The notes below the pieces were generated by a model. That model was not told where the DNA came from. It searched no databases and worked only from the letters and a program-made list of their open reading frames with translations. A DNA stretch of 64,000 nucleotides, from positions 5,172 through 69,171 of the forward strand of contig JABHLN010000002.1 in the NCBI GenBank assembly GCA_018693105.1. Direction: 5' to 3'. Positions 1-10,158 of the stretch are shown piece after piece (positions within the stretch are counted from its first letter, which is position 1; each line of letters opens with the position of its first letter). This DNA comes from Desulfobacterales bacterium (GTDB lineage Bacteria > Desulfobacterota > Desulfobacteria > Desulfobacterales > SURF-7). Made by a program: the position numbers and the translations under genes.

Positions 1-915
1 CAGGAGTCGATTATAGCCGTCTGCATATCCCACAGGTATTGTAGCAATATTCGTGGCCTTTTCTGTTTCATATGAAGCCCCGTAACTCACCTTAAAACCT
101 TCAGGAACACTTTTTAAATGAACAATTTTTGATTTAAATTCCATTGCCGGTAAGAGTGAAATTCTATTTTTATTAACTTCATTTGATGGGTACAAACCAT
201 ATAATGATATACCGGTTCTTACCATGTCAAGATGGGATTCGGGCATATCTATAACAGCAGCACTATTGGCTGCGTGCTTTACCGGAATTTCAATACCGGC
301 CTTTGAAAGGGTGTCAATAAAATCAGAAAACAATTCCATCTGTTTTTTTGCATATTTCTTATCGTTACTATCTGCTGTGGCAAAGTGAGTAAATATGCCT
401 TCAAGTTCTGCACCGGGCAATTTAAAAATAGACTCAACCTCTGTTACAGCCCCATGATCATCTGCATTTAAAGCATCTGTTTGCACAAGTTTATCTGATA
501 ATAAACCAAGCCTGCCCATTCCGGTGTCAACCTTGAGATGAATCTTTATTTTCTTTCCAATATTACCAGCTGCCTCTGAAAGCACATACGCATTATCAAA
601 AGAGCAGACGGTTTGAGTCAAATCATACTTTACAATTTCTTCAGCATCACTCAATGGGGTATAACCAAGAATAAGAATGGGGGCATCGAATCCCGCCTCT
701 CTAATTTTCTTACCTTCACATAATCTGGCAACTCCAAGTGAATCAGCCCCGTTTTCAAGGGCTGTCCCGGCAACTTCCAGAAGTCCGTGACCGTATGCGT
801 TTGCTTTTACTACAGCCATCAACTCAGCATTTGGATTAGTAATCTTTCTCAGTTCTCTGACATTATGAGAAACGGCTTTTAAGTCAATTTCCGCCCATGT
901 AAGGTATGAATTCAA
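1..915 (-). CDS. alr: alanine racemase, partial (C-terminal end lies beyond base 1; 305 codons present)
   Basis: Not in the ORF track because it is edge-truncated. Manual reverse translation from TTG at 915..913 (GGAGG 7 nt upstream) gives LNSYLTWAEIDLKAVSHNV...AVVKANAYGHG (PLP-lysine motif). At the window edge it reads ATIPVGYADGYNRLL. The frame is open to base 1. Confidence 0.85.
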   Translation of the reverse strand, partial: MNSYLTWAEIDLKAVSHNVRELRKITNPNAELMAVVKANAYGHGLLEVAGTALENGADSLGVARLCEGKKIREAGFDAPILILGYTPLSDAEEIVKYDLTQTVCSFDNAYVLSEAAGNIGKKIKIHLKVDTGMGRLGLLSDKLVQTDALNADDHGAVTEVESIFKLPGAELEGIFTHFATADSNDKKYAKKQMELFSDFIDTLSKAGIEIPVKHAANSAAVIDMPESHLDMVRTGISLYGLYPSNEVNKNRISLLPAMEFKSKIVHLKSVPEGFKVSYGASYETEKATNIATIPVGYADGYNRLL

Positions 916-1325
916 AAGGATGCCTCCGGTGAGTTACGATGAACTTGCTTAATAAGAATTCTGATATCCTAATTTATTGAGTAATTTCCTGTGAGTCAAG
1001 AGAAAGGATCAATTCTGTCAGAAATCATAAAAGTATTAAAAACCGGATTCCCAGTATTCTTAATATCAATCTTAAGAGGAGATTATTAGAAAAACAGTGT
1101 TTTCTTGACTTTCCTTTCAAATAGAGTACTTGTCATAAATATGTTCCTTTTAACTTGGTCTACTATAGGAAAATTTTGACAAACGCCATAATATAGTCAA
1201 CCAGTTAAATCAATTAAACTAATAAAACCGGATCTATCGGAACGTTATTTTGACAAATTCTGTAAATACGACAGGGAACTTAAAAAGTTTTACATACATT
1301 GACCATAATTTTAGTTACCCTTTCC

Positions 1326-1354
1326 TTGACAGAAAAATACCAAAATGATAAAAA
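1326..1354 (+). promoter_or_regulatory. possible sigma70-type promoter for tRNA-Val
   Basis: TTGACA (1326-1331), a 17-nt spacer ending in TG-A, then TAAAAA (1349-1354), about 20 nt upstream of the tRNA. The -10 element is weak. Confidence 0.3.
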
Positions 1355-1375
1355 CCTTTTCAGTATAGATGATTC

Positions 1376-1451
1376 AGGCGCGTAGCTCAGGGGCTAGAGC
1401 GCTACCCCGACACGGTAGAAGTCGTTGGTTCAAATCCAATCGCGCCTACCA
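1376..1451 (+). tRNA. tRNA-Val (anticodon GAC)
   Basis: Hand-folded cloverleaf. Acceptor AGGCGCG/CGCGCCT, D arm GCTC-AGGGGCTA-GAGC, anticodon arm CTACC-CCGACAC-GGTAG, T arm GTTGG-TTCAAAT-CCAAT, encoded CCA. Confidence 0.9.
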
Positions 1452-1459
1452 AAAAAATC

Positions 1460-1494
1460 AAGGAGTTGCAGGTTAATGCTGCAACTCCTTTTTG
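1460..1494 (+). terminator. rho-independent terminator after tRNA-Val
   Basis: 12-bp stem AAGGAGTTGCAG/CTGCAACTCCTT with a 7-nt loop, followed by TTT. Confidence 0.75.
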
Positions 1495-2011
1495 CTTCCT
1501 GATTTACCGGTTTCTTTAGGTGTGAATATACATTTACAATTGCTACATGGTTAAATTGTAAAATTAGCCGAACTTTTCTGAGCTGATTGGTTTATCACCT
1601 GATTTATAGATGACTCAATACCGAGAAGTTTTTCATCATAAGAATTAGTTCTGCAAATAGATTTATAGAGTATTGGTCAGACATGAGTTAATATGATTTA
1701 TCAAACGACGCGTAACGCTTTCTAAACTGAGATAGAATTCTTTTTCGATAATTAATAAATCCTATTATGAAAGAACCAAGGTTCCTGACAGCCTTTTTAA
1801 CAAATTTTTTTTAACAGGGTGGATAGGCTGGTTCTCTGTATTGTCCACTTTGTGCCGGTTTTCACGCCCCCAAACTAAAGTAGTCGTGAGGGACATCACA
1901 ACCATCACGTTTAAAATTGTCATAGATAATTTTTGTAATATGTGACTCCAGGTTTTCCATCATTAATACCTTATGTGTTTTGGTTTTCCTACGAGTGTAT
2001 AACGTTTAAAC

Positions 2012-3397
2012 TCAGCGGTGCGGCTCTTCTGCATCTGCTGGAGTATTTTGTTGGTCGGAGTTATTGCCTGACGCAAGTAACCATATTCCCGTATCGTAGT
2101 TTGTCCAGTGAACATAATCTCCCATCATCCAAAGAACGTGATCATCTTTGCCGTTATATCCTCTTGGAACTACTGGGCGCACATTTATTTGTTTTGAAAT
2201 ACTTGTGATTGCCTTAGCAGACCAGCTCTTACCTTGATCACCAGTTACCCATTTATAAATTTCAAACATTTGACCAATTTGTTGGGAAATATACACAACA
2301 GAAGGGTCTGAATGATTAATCGTGATTCCACCAGAATAATATGTTTCTCTTTCGCTCTTAAACATTGGTGTTCGTGGGAACCACTTTCCCCCTTTTGTAA
2401 TCTCAGTATCAAACCACGCATCTCCTTTCCAGTATGCGTAGTGGTATCGATGATCCGTTTCTTTTGGAAATCGAGTGTAGGTTATAACCGGATTCCCACT
2501 ATTGTTTATGGCAATGTCCCATACCCACACCCGAATCTTATTGGCTTTACCGTCATAGACAATATCACTTTGACTAAGTTGTATCGGTATATCATTCATG
2601 GTTCCTACACGCATACCGTTTGCCCTAAAGAATTCTCCTTTCTTGTACTTTACATAATATATTGAATTTTCAGCTTCATTGCGAGGGTGACCGTCAGTGA
2701 AAGTGAAGAGTATCTCGGATTTTCCGTCTGATACAACCTTTAAATAAGGCCTTATACTTCGATCTTCACGCCCCTTGTCCTGAAATAGGATTTGTGGAGG
2801 AGTCCATATTATTCCGTCAGTGGACATCGAAAATGTGGGCTTCCAGCTTTCACCTCGGAAGAACACGTAAAAACGACCCTCTTGATCTAGGTAGACAGGA
2901 TGGCTATAAGTGATGGATGGGGCATTTACTACTGTTATTTCATTGGCCCATTGACTTATGTCCTCTGGCCTCAATGTTGTGCTACTAAACAGCCCGGTTT
3001 TATTGTGGCGAGCGTAAAAAACCATAATACGATTGTCAGGAAGAACAAGGAAGGAGTTGTTGTTGTGATCATTAACATCCCATTTCTCCTTAAGAGTAAC
3101 TATTTCTATGGAGCCATTATCATGATCATATGCTCCGATCTGCAATTTGCCATCTTTAGTCATCCACCCCGCATAGGTCCGGTTTCGCTGACCTGAGATG
3201 TAAACTGCCCGTGGATCCTGAAACCAACACCAAGCAGCATCATTCGTGAATTCCTGTTTAAAGTTTGCAACGTCTCCGGAAGCTGATTTTGATTTATATC
3301 TAGAAAAAATAAGAGCGCCAGGCTCGCATAAGGAGACATTTCTTATCATTGATGTGAGGAACCGCCCTTGAATTTTACAAAACATATAGTATACCAC
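2012..3397 (-). CDS. BNR_4-like beta-propeller (sialidase-fold) protein, putative glycan hydrolase/lyase
   Basis: 461-aa ORF. The N-terminal WCWFQDPRAVY motif and repeated W/Y-rich blades resemble the BNR_4 family as I remember it. No search was run. Confidence 0.45.
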   Translation of the reverse strand: MVYYMFCKIQGRFLTSMIRNVSLCEPGALIFSRYKSKSASGDVANFKQEFTNDAAWCWFQDPRAVYISGQRNRTYAGWMTKDGKLQIGAYDHDNGSIEIVTLKEKWDVNDHNNNSFLVLPDNRIMVFYARHNKTGLFSSTTLRPEDISQWANEITVVNAPSITYSHPVYLDQEGRFYVFFRGESWKPTFSMSTDGIIWTPPQILFQDKGREDRSIRPYLKVVSDGKSEILFTFTDGHPRNEAENSIYYVKYKKGEFFRANGMRVGTMNDIPIQLSQSDIVYDGKANKIRVWVWDIAINNSGNPVITYTRFPKETDHRYHYAYWKGDAWFDTEITKGGKWFPRTPMFKSERETYYSGGITINHSDPSVVYISQQIGQMFEIYKWVTGDQGKSWSAKAITSISKQINVRPVVPRGYNGKDDHVLWMMGDYVHWTNYDTGIWLLASGNNSDQQNTPADAEEPHR

Positions 3398-3422
3398 TTT
3401 TCTCTATGGGTATTGTTATTGT

Positions 3423-5033
3423 CTACATCACCGTCATTTTGATGAAGTATTTTGAGGAGCCGAGCACTTCAAAGTGGGAACCAAGTTCGGCCTCCCAACG
3501 TCTCGCAATTGCGAGCTCTTGCTCCCTAAAAGCATCATCGAGGAGTATGACACAACCCTTTTTTAACCGAGTGTTCATGATAGGGACCAAGCCATATCTT
3601 CCTCCCTTAATGCCACCGGGAGGACCATCACAGATAACCAGGGAAAAACTTTCAGGCATCGATTCCAAAGGAACTTCATACCAACAAAAATCACCATAAT
3701 CTTTGAGGGACTTTGTGCACATGACTACGGAATTAAGCTTGTACCTATCTATATATCTTTGCACTTTCGTAGCCCACTCAGGTTTGTGTTCAAGTACCCA
3801 AAGGCTTTGGCCTCGGTTATTTGCGATAACCCCAATTAGGATTGTTGACAACCCAGACCCGCATTCCAATATTGATCCGGATAAGGTCAGCGCTTGATTA
3901 ATGCAACTGGCAAGATATTCATCCAGAGCAACCCAACTTTCGTTTCCCCAACCATAAATCAAATCATTGAGTACGGAATTTTCAGGATACGTACAACTCT
4001 CAGGATCTTTCAAGAATTGTTTCATGGCTCGCCAGAAAATGAACTTACGGTATGCAGCACGAAGGGGACGACGCATTCGGGAGGGCAACATTAATTTCAA
4101 AAGATTCCGTAGTAGATTCATTGTGATTCTCTCAACAGCATAAAGATCAAGCTCACCTGCCACCTCGGAGCATAGCGAAATAGCAACCATGCGAAGCGTT
4201 TTGTTAAGTTTTTGGTTGTTTTTTACAAATTTATAGGCAACATTAATTGAGTAAATAGTTATGGCACGAATAACATTAGAAAAACTAAAGGGATTTTTTA
4301 TAAAATCAAACTCCACAGTCCCTTGTTCTTCACTAATATGGTGTTGTTCTTTTATACTTTTCCAATTTTTTATTCTTGTAGGCATATCTTGGAGAAGATC
4401 GATTTCCCTTTGACCACCTTTCATCCAGTCGTAAGGATTAATACATGATATTTTATCAACTATCGCCACTTTGCCTTTAATGTCCGGCTTTAATGAATCC
4501 AAGTACCACCAATCAATACCCCATCCAACGAGTACAGGATCATATACTTTCATAAAAGCATCCAGTTTGTCCTTCCTAAATAGTGGACATGTAACTTCAA
4601 CAAAATTTGTATATCTCATGGAAGTAAATGGATTTACCTGGGTAATTGGATGGCTTATTTTTCCTCTTCGGTCAAAGGCAGGCTGAAGCAACCATAAGTC
4701 ATATTGATCTCTAATATCAAATAAACGACTAATGCCAGAACCATCAATTATAATATCATCATCCATTACAAGGATTGCATGATAATGATTCAAGATATTT
4801 TCCCAGTGTTGATAAGCGTAATGTAAAGCAGGGAATTTCCCACCCTTTTTAGCCATGAAGAAATCACTATGATCTTCATAGTTATTCTTCTTATCGCCAT
4901 AGTAGCTCACCCATAAGTCGAAGTTTCGATATCCTTTTAACCAATAATGTAAATTGGCATTGTCTCCCGCTGAAGTGAAAACCAGGTACCTGGAGTTGGG
5001 GCTATCAATGTTGCCACTTAATGAAATGGTCAT
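3423..5033 (-). CDS. fusion protein: N-terminal DUF707-like (GT-A-like) domain plus C-terminal class I SAM-methyltransferase-like domain
   Basis: 536-aa ORF. The N-terminal half (YLVFTSAGDN...ILVMDDDIII...WGIDWWY) looks DUF707-like. The C-terminal part ILECGSGLSTILIG...VICDGPPGG resembles a Rossmann methyltransferase. Confidence 0.5.
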   Translation of the reverse strand: MTISLSGNIDSPNSRYLVFTSAGDNANLHYWLKGYRNFDLWVSYYGDKKNNYEDHSDFFMAKKGGKFPALHYAYQHWENILNHYHAILVMDDDIIIDGSGISRLFDIRDQYDLWLLQPAFDRRGKISHPITQVNPFTSMRYTNFVEVTCPLFRKDKLDAFMKVYDPVLVGWGIDWWYLDSLKPDIKGKVAIVDKISCINPYDWMKGGQREIDLLQDMPTRIKNWKSIKEQHHISEEQGTVEFDFIKNPFSFSNVIRAITIYSINVAYKFVKNNQKLNKTLRMVAISLCSEVAGELDLYAVERITMNLLRNLLKLMLPSRMRRPLRAAYRKFIFWRAMKQFLKDPESCTYPENSVLNDLIYGWGNESWVALDEYLASCINQALTLSGSILECGSGLSTILIGVIANNRGQSLWVLEHKPEWATKVQRYIDRYKLNSVVMCTKSLKDYGDFCWYEVPLESMPESFSLVICDGPPGGIKGGRYGLVPIMNTRLKKGCVILLDDAFREQELAIARRWEAELGSHFEVLGSSKYFIKMTVM

Positions 5034-5255
5034 GTTTTTCCCACTATCTGTTTTAACTCAGTTTTCAGCATGAACAGTCGGATAATCTGGGATCGTTACC
5101 AGCTCCAAGTCCCCTAAGAACCGTGCATGCGAGTTTCCCAAATAACGATAACAGGATAAAAGATAAAAGCTCAAGATAAACATAACATATATAATTCTTT
5201 GCATCTTCTTGTATTTTGGTTTGCCGTGTTTTATCCTGTTTTTTAGCCATATCAA

Positions 5256-5460
5256 CCGACACGGTAGAAATCGTTGGTTCAAATCCAATCGCGCCTACCA
5301 AAAAAATCAAGGAGTTGCAGTTTAATGCTGCGACTCCTTTTTGCTTTCTGTTACCATTTTGTTACCACTTGTTTCAAAAATCATGTTTTCATACCGGCAG
5401 GCAGCTTCCTGATTTATCGGTTTCATAAGGTGTGAGTATACATTTAAAGTTACAGTGGGA
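5256..5460 (+). repeat. orphan direct repeat of the tRNA-Val 3' end (45 nt, 5256-5300) plus shared downstream sequence including a second copy of the terminator hairpin
   Basis: 5256-5300 matches tRNA positions 1407-1451 at 44/45. 5301-5347 and about 5405-5460 match 1452-1550, interrupted by an insertion of about 55 nt. A terminator copy lies at 5309-5343. Confidence 0.9.
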
Positions 5461-5665
5461 TTGGCATGCCCAAGCTGAGTTTGGATGTATTTAAGGTTTT
5501 CACCCTTTTATATCATGAGACTGACTTTTGTTATGCCTCATGATATGAAATCTTATTATTGGCAACTCCGCTTTTTTTAAATCTGGATCGAATTATTTTC
5601 TAACAAGATTATTATGATTTATCAGATTGACTTTTATACATATATTATCCTTTTTTCGCGCGTTC

Positions 5666-7282
5666 TTAAGATTGTGGCTTTAGCTTCATCACAGCCACCC
5701 ATGAGGAAGATTCCTGAGGCCATTTAACGTTCGGTATCCAATGGTATAGAGTCTCCTCTTTTGTAATATCTACCAGACCGACCAGATTATAGTACTGGGT
5801 TTGATATTTTTTGAGCCATTCAAAGACAAGCCTGCTTGAATCTGTACGTCTCAACCATGACATGTACACGTTCACCACAACCAGGACCTCAGGCCGATTA
5901 GACTCTATCTCTTGTATCATCTCCTGCTGCATCCGTTCGGCAAAATCATGGTTTTCCATCATCGCATACATATAAATATACCCACTGGCAGATCGCCGAT
6001 CTGAGTAAAAATATATCTGAGGCTCAGATCCGATAACAGCGATCCTATCCTCTTTTCGGGTTAAAGCCCGTATCATCCGGCTGATTTCTATGGATTCGGG
6101 AAATGGATTGTCTCCGTATGTGGCTCGACATGCCTGCATCGGTGTCATTTTGAACAAAAAATTCCGCTGCTGGAAAAGCGAAACTACAAGACATATGATC
6201 AGCAATAACACGGGCAAGTGATATCCGGCAATACGAGTTCGGGTTTTTCCGAGCATATTTGCCATAGCGCTAACCCCAATACCAGCAAGCAGAGCAGCCG
6301 CTGGCAATAGCAACACAAAGTAGTGGTTACGAAAATAAAATCCAGGACAAATTGCTATAAAAGAAAAGATCGAAAATAGGTAAATAAAAACAAAATTTGA
6401 CCTCAGCTTCTTATCCCAAAAAAGGGGGATCAGACCAAAACCTGCAAGCATCCATATCAGTGGGCCGGCTCTGCTAATATGCAACACCTGGCTTGTGAAA
6501 ATTTTCCAGGCCTGATACATGGTGACTTGTGAAGTATAGTCCATTGCATATTCAATAGTCCAGAACCAGAACTTGTCGAACACGCCCGCCAACCCAAGAA
6601 TGATGCAGGTGATGCCGTATGGAATAACTGCTCCTGCAGAAAATGAAACACATTGCACTGTCTGGTGTCGTAAGTTCAACGAGCGTCCTTGCAGTTGCTT
6701 CGCCAGGAGATATAATCCGCCAAAGGCAATAAATGCCACGCCGTGCTGCTTCATCAAAAATCCTGAACCCAACAAAAGGCCGCTGAAAAACAGGACCCAC
6801 GAGTTATTATCGTCTGTCCCTTTCAACAAAAGGAATACGCCGCCCACTGCCGGCAGAATAACAAAATGTTCCGCATTGGCAAACACACCCTGCACCGACT
6901 GGCTCACAGACAAAAGAGCGAAACACGCAGCAGAAGCGAGGCCCGTCACCGAATCTCCCACATGTCTTGCCACGAAAAATATGAGTACAATCGTGGCCGC
7001 ATTTATAAAAAGCAGGCATAGATGGATCGCTATGTGTGTCTGTCCGAATATTGCAAGGATGCAGGCATATGCGGCATATATCCCTGGCAACTTCATACTG
7101 TACATTTGTTCGTAGGGGGGAATTCCTTGAAGAATCAGTTGCCCTGCATAGGCGTATTCGCCTTCGTCCCTTTCCAGGGGAATTTCCAGCAGACGCCAGC
7201 GAATGCCGGCTGCCAATAAAACAATAAGTAGTAAGACCCACCAGACCAGACGTTTTCTCAGGATTTTACCGGTTTTTTCCAT
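5666..7282 (-). CDS. multi-pass GT-C glycosyltransferase (ArnT/PMT_2-like)
   Basis: 538 aa with many predicted TM helices. The early-loop motif LERDEGEYAYAG is typical of ArnT/PMT-family GT-C enzymes. The last third appears to be a soluble domain. Confidence 0.6.
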   Translation of the reverse strand: MEKTGKILRKRLVWWVLLLIVLLAAGIRWRLLEIPLERDEGEYAYAGQLILQGIPPYEQMYSMKLPGIYAAYACILAIFGQTHIAIHLCLLFINAATIVLIFFVARHVGDSVTGLASAACFALLSVSQSVQGVFANAEHFVILPAVGGVFLLLKGTDDNNSWVLFFSGLLLGSGFLMKQHGVAFIAFGGLYLLAKQLQGRSLNLRHQTVQCVSFSAGAVIPYGITCIILGLAGVFDKFWFWTIEYAMDYTSQVTMYQAWKIFTSQVLHISRAGPLIWMLAGFGLIPLFWDKKLRSNFVFIYLFSIFSFIAICPGFYFRNHYFVLLLPAAALLAGIGVSAMANMLGKTRTRIAGYHLPVLLLIICLVVSLFQQRNFLFKMTPMQACRATYGDNPFPESIEISRMIRALTRKEDRIAVIGSEPQIYFYSDRRSASGYIYMYAMMENHDFAERMQQEMIQEIESNRPEVLVVVNVYMSWLRRTDSSRLVFEWLKKYQTQYYNLVGLVDITKEETLYHWIPNVKWPQESSSWVAVMKLKPQS

Positions 7283-7284
7283 AA

Positions 7285-8931
7285 TTATTTCTCAGGTCCC
7301 GTTTCTGATATCTTATGTAATGGCCTTTTAAGCTTTTTCTGATTTACCAGATCCGTTCCCATATAATCCTGGATAATTTCAGTATTCGGATTCCTTACCC
7401 TATCTGTCATCCTATAAAATTTATAACAATAATTTGCAGTTGAAAAAAATGCCTCGTCACTTAACATCTCATAATCTGTATCAAAGTACTGGTTAAAAAT
7501 AACTCGAAATGAATTTACTGGTGTAATTTTATCGTATAATTGGGAAGGTTGTTGTCTCTTCGGCAAATAGTATGCATTTAAGATGGTGAGGTTTTCCTTC
7601 ATATAAGTATTGTCAGGCTCTTCCCACTTTGTCATTGATCTCGGCCCGTGGTCGCCAAAAAGCAAGATAATTGGCGGATTCTCCGATCGGGACAGGATAG
7701 ACTCAATCACCTCGGTCACCCGCTTGTTCGTGTAAACAAGTTGATCCACATAGGCTTTTTTGTATTGCTCTCTGCTTAAACGGCCTTTCCGTATCAGCCA
7801 ATCTCCATCGTGATGATCAAATTTCGAATTAGGGTCACGTTTTTCACCTTTTGGACCAAAAACAAAGGGCGGATGCGGGATAACCAGATGGGCAAAAACA
7901 AATACCGGAGACGGTTGTGAGCATAAGTCCGGCAGATGATCAAGCGTATGGTTTATTCTTTCCCTGTGTAAGTCAAACAGATTGGTTGTCCGAAACAAAT
8001 ATAGTAAAACGGGAACTGGTGTAGTGTTGAGCAACTCGCTTTGAAAGCCATCCAATGTCCATGCCCACTCTGGTTTGATATATATATCAGCGTTTCTTAT
8101 TTCCGTCTCTTCGATAGCGGAAGAAAATGAGGCGATTTTATAACCCCTTTGTTTTAAAAAATTGAAAACCCTGCTCCGACGAATCAACCCCCACAAAGGC
8201 TGCTTGGTATTTGATTCAAGGGGCAGATATTTTCCAACCAGATCATTGAGGTACCTCATATTCAGACACGAACTGACCGTTAAGGAAGTTTGGCAATAAT
8301 TGGACATGGATTGATTGGCGACAAAAAAACCTTTATCCTCCAGAAAGTTCAGGAATTCGGTGTTATTATAATTATAAAGCTCTCTGAGCACATCTTCTCT
8401 GGCGTATGCATCTAGAATAATAAAGAAAATATTTGGAAGTGGTTGCGGAGATTCCGTCTTTTCTTCCCCTTTGTCTGCCCCACCTCGAACCATCTGAGAA
8501 GCGTGCTCTTTTTTGAACTGATATGTTCCAAACTGGTATGCTCCGACCTGTATAAGGGAAATGCCCACCAAAACAGATGCGACAATATTTAAAAAGTAAG
8601 TGACGAGCTTAAGATCTCTTTTTATTTTAATCGTCAGCCAGGTGCCCGCGAAAAAAATCAATCCCCAAAGAGCGGAAACAATGACAAGGTAACGGCTGAA
8701 ATGGCCGTATGAAAAAAAGAGCAAAAGGAACAAGGAGACGATAACACAGGCCTTGTGTACATCCTTTAAAAAAAAATTCAATATCAGCAGAAAAAGGAGT
8801 GAAAAGCCAATCACTATGGATAAAGGGATAATAAGCGCACCTGGTGCAATCTGGCCGATGTTATGTGTAAACAAAAAAAGGGCTGGATATATTCCAAATA
8901 AAAACAAATGGATGACAGGGTATTTTTTCAT
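7285..8931 (-). CDS. membrane-anchored sulfatase-fold transferase/hydrolase (LtaS / phosphoglycerol- or phosphoethanolamine-transferase-like architecture)
   Basis: 548 aa. About 5 N-terminal TM helices are followed by an alkaline-phosphatase/sulfatase-type domain (FFIILDAYARED metal-ligand region; LLFGDHGP). Confidence 0.6.
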   Translation of the reverse strand: MKKYPVIHLFLFGIYPALFLFTHNIGQIAPGALIIPLSIVIGFSLLFLLILNFFLKDVHKACVIVSLFLLLFFSYGHFSRYLVIVSALWGLIFFAGTWLTIKIKRDLKLVTYFLNIVASVLVGISLIQVGAYQFGTYQFKKEHASQMVRGGADKGEEKTESPQPLPNIFFIILDAYAREDVLRELYNYNNTEFLNFLEDKGFFVANQSMSNYCQTSLTVSSCLNMRYLNDLVGKYLPLESNTKQPLWGLIRRSRVFNFLKQRGYKIASFSSAIEETEIRNADIYIKPEWAWTLDGFQSELLNTTPVPVLLYLFRTTNLFDLHRERINHTLDHLPDLCSQPSPVFVFAHLVIPHPPFVFGPKGEKRDPNSKFDHHDGDWLIRKGRLSREQYKKAYVDQLVYTNKRVTEVIESILSRSENPPIILLFGDHGPRSMTKWEEPDNTYMKENLTILNAYYLPKRQQPSQLYDKITPVNSFRVIFNQYFDTDYEMLSDEAFFSTANYCYKFYRMTDRVRNPNTEIIQDYMGTDLVNQKKLKRPLHKISETGPEK

Positions 8932-9021
8932 ATTTCAGGTTCTTCACTTTTCATAAGATATAATTTTCTTAGGGTATCTTTAATCTCGGCACTGTCTTGA
9001 CAGGACAGGATATATTCCAAT

Positions 9022-10158
9022 TTATTTTATACGATCAAGAATGTGCTCTGCCCCGACTTGTGATGACCGGCCAAAAACATAAACATACTTTTCACGAAGC
9101 AAGGAGATTCGCTCTCCATACTTTTCTTTTTCTAATATTAGAGTTTCAATTCTTTCCGGAACTGATTCCATCTTTTCAGGAGACACAATAACTCCAAGTT
9201 CAGACCGCAGGAAAAGTTCTACAGGTTTAATTCCAAGTTCCCGGTAATTCTCGTTTCTTATTTTGAGCGGCACATCGAGAAACAAAACCGGCCTTTCCGT
9301 CCCAAATGCATATTCAAGAGCGACTCCGGAACAATCACATATCAATACATCTGATTTCAGAAGAGCGTCATCGGTTGTAACAGAACTTTCTATTGTCAGG
9401 GCTTTATTATCCCCATACTTTTCTTTGATTGCATCAAGCAGTTCCGGTGTCCGTTTAACTGTTTCCGGATGAGGCCTTATAATGACGTTAAAATCTCTAT
9501 CAAGAAGCATTGCAACAAGTAATTCGCCAAAAGATTCGAGGATATTTCCCTTTCCCCATGACGGAGCTATAAGCACAGTGACCTTGTATTTCTCAGAAGA
9601 AGGAGTCCTAAGATATTTTTTGCATTTGTCATATATTCTTTCAAGTCGATAATATCCTCCCGTAACTAACTGTTTTTGTGGAAGTCCCTTCATTTCTTCG
9701 TATTTACGCAGTTCTTCCATATGATGGTCACCCACACATAAAATTGAATCATAGTGGTTAAAGGCATCGGGGAGATACATCATATGGGTACTCACCATTG
9801 AATGGAAAACATAAACATAATGAACCGGATTAACTGAACGCTTCAGGTGAAACTGGTTGAAATCCGTCAATGTCATGACAAAGACCCGGCATTTGATAAA
9901 AGCCATTAAAAAAGCAAGGAGACTTTTAATATAAAACGTTTTTATTCTTGGATTATCTGTCTTAAGTATGGAATCATTGGGGTCTGATGTAATATAACAG
10001 ATTGTATGTTTTCTCTTATTTGTGAGCTCCTCGATAATTCCCTCAAAATTCGGATAATACCCCGCATGTTCAGCATAGAATACAATTTTCTTGTCTTCGT
10101 CCAAAGTCTTTTTTGTGAACCTGCGATAATGGGAAAGTTCGCTGAAAAAATTTTTCAT
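9022..10158 (-). CDS. CDP-glycerol glycerophosphotransferase family (TagB/TagF-like) protein
   Basis: 378 aa. The C-terminal half (LIAPSWG...IIRPHP...SDVLICDCSGVALEYAFGTERPVLFLD) matches the Glyphos_transf pattern. Confidence 0.6.
   Translation of the reverse strand: MKNFFSELSHYRRFTKKTLDEDKKIVFYAEHAGYYPNFEGIIEELTNKRKHTICYITSDPNDSILKTDNPRIKTFYIKSLLAFLMAFIKCRVFVMTLTDFNQFHLKRSVNPVHYVYVFHSMVSTHMMYLPDAFNHYDSILCVGDHHMEELRKYEEMKGLPQKQLVTGGYYRLERIYDKCKKYLRTPSSEKYKVTVLIAPSWGKGNILESFGELLVAMLLDRDFNVIIRPHPETVKRTPELLDAIKEKYGDNKALTIESSVTTDDALLKSDVLICDCSGVALEYAFGTERPVLFLDVPLKIRNENYRELGIKPVELFLRSELGVIVSPEKMESVPERIETLILEKEKYGERISLLREKYVYVFGRSSQVGAEHILDRIK

Noticed and set aside
1452-2011. Expected integrase gene next to the tRNA-Val attachment site
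   Set aside because: No ORF of 60 aa or more is present, and my manual six-frame reading found only short fragments (for example MMENLESHITKIIYDNFKRDGCDVPHDYFSLGA) with no recombinase motifs. The region is left unannotated.
5058-5310. Two overlapping minus-strand ORFs (76 and 81 aa) and the + ORF 5216..5428
   Set aside because: They overlap the orphan tRNA-Val 3' fragment and its terminator copy, and have no RBS or domain signal. I could not substantiate an integrase or transposase remnant here.
6573-7241. Long ORFs inside the GT-C gene: + strand 6573..7115 (antisense), minus strand 6807..7241 (alternate frame), and shorter ones
   Set aside because: They are embedded in a 538-aa multi-TM ORF with a recognisable family motif. 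Their compositions are Arg/Cys/Pro-rich, typical of off-frame readings of a relatively GC-rich gene.
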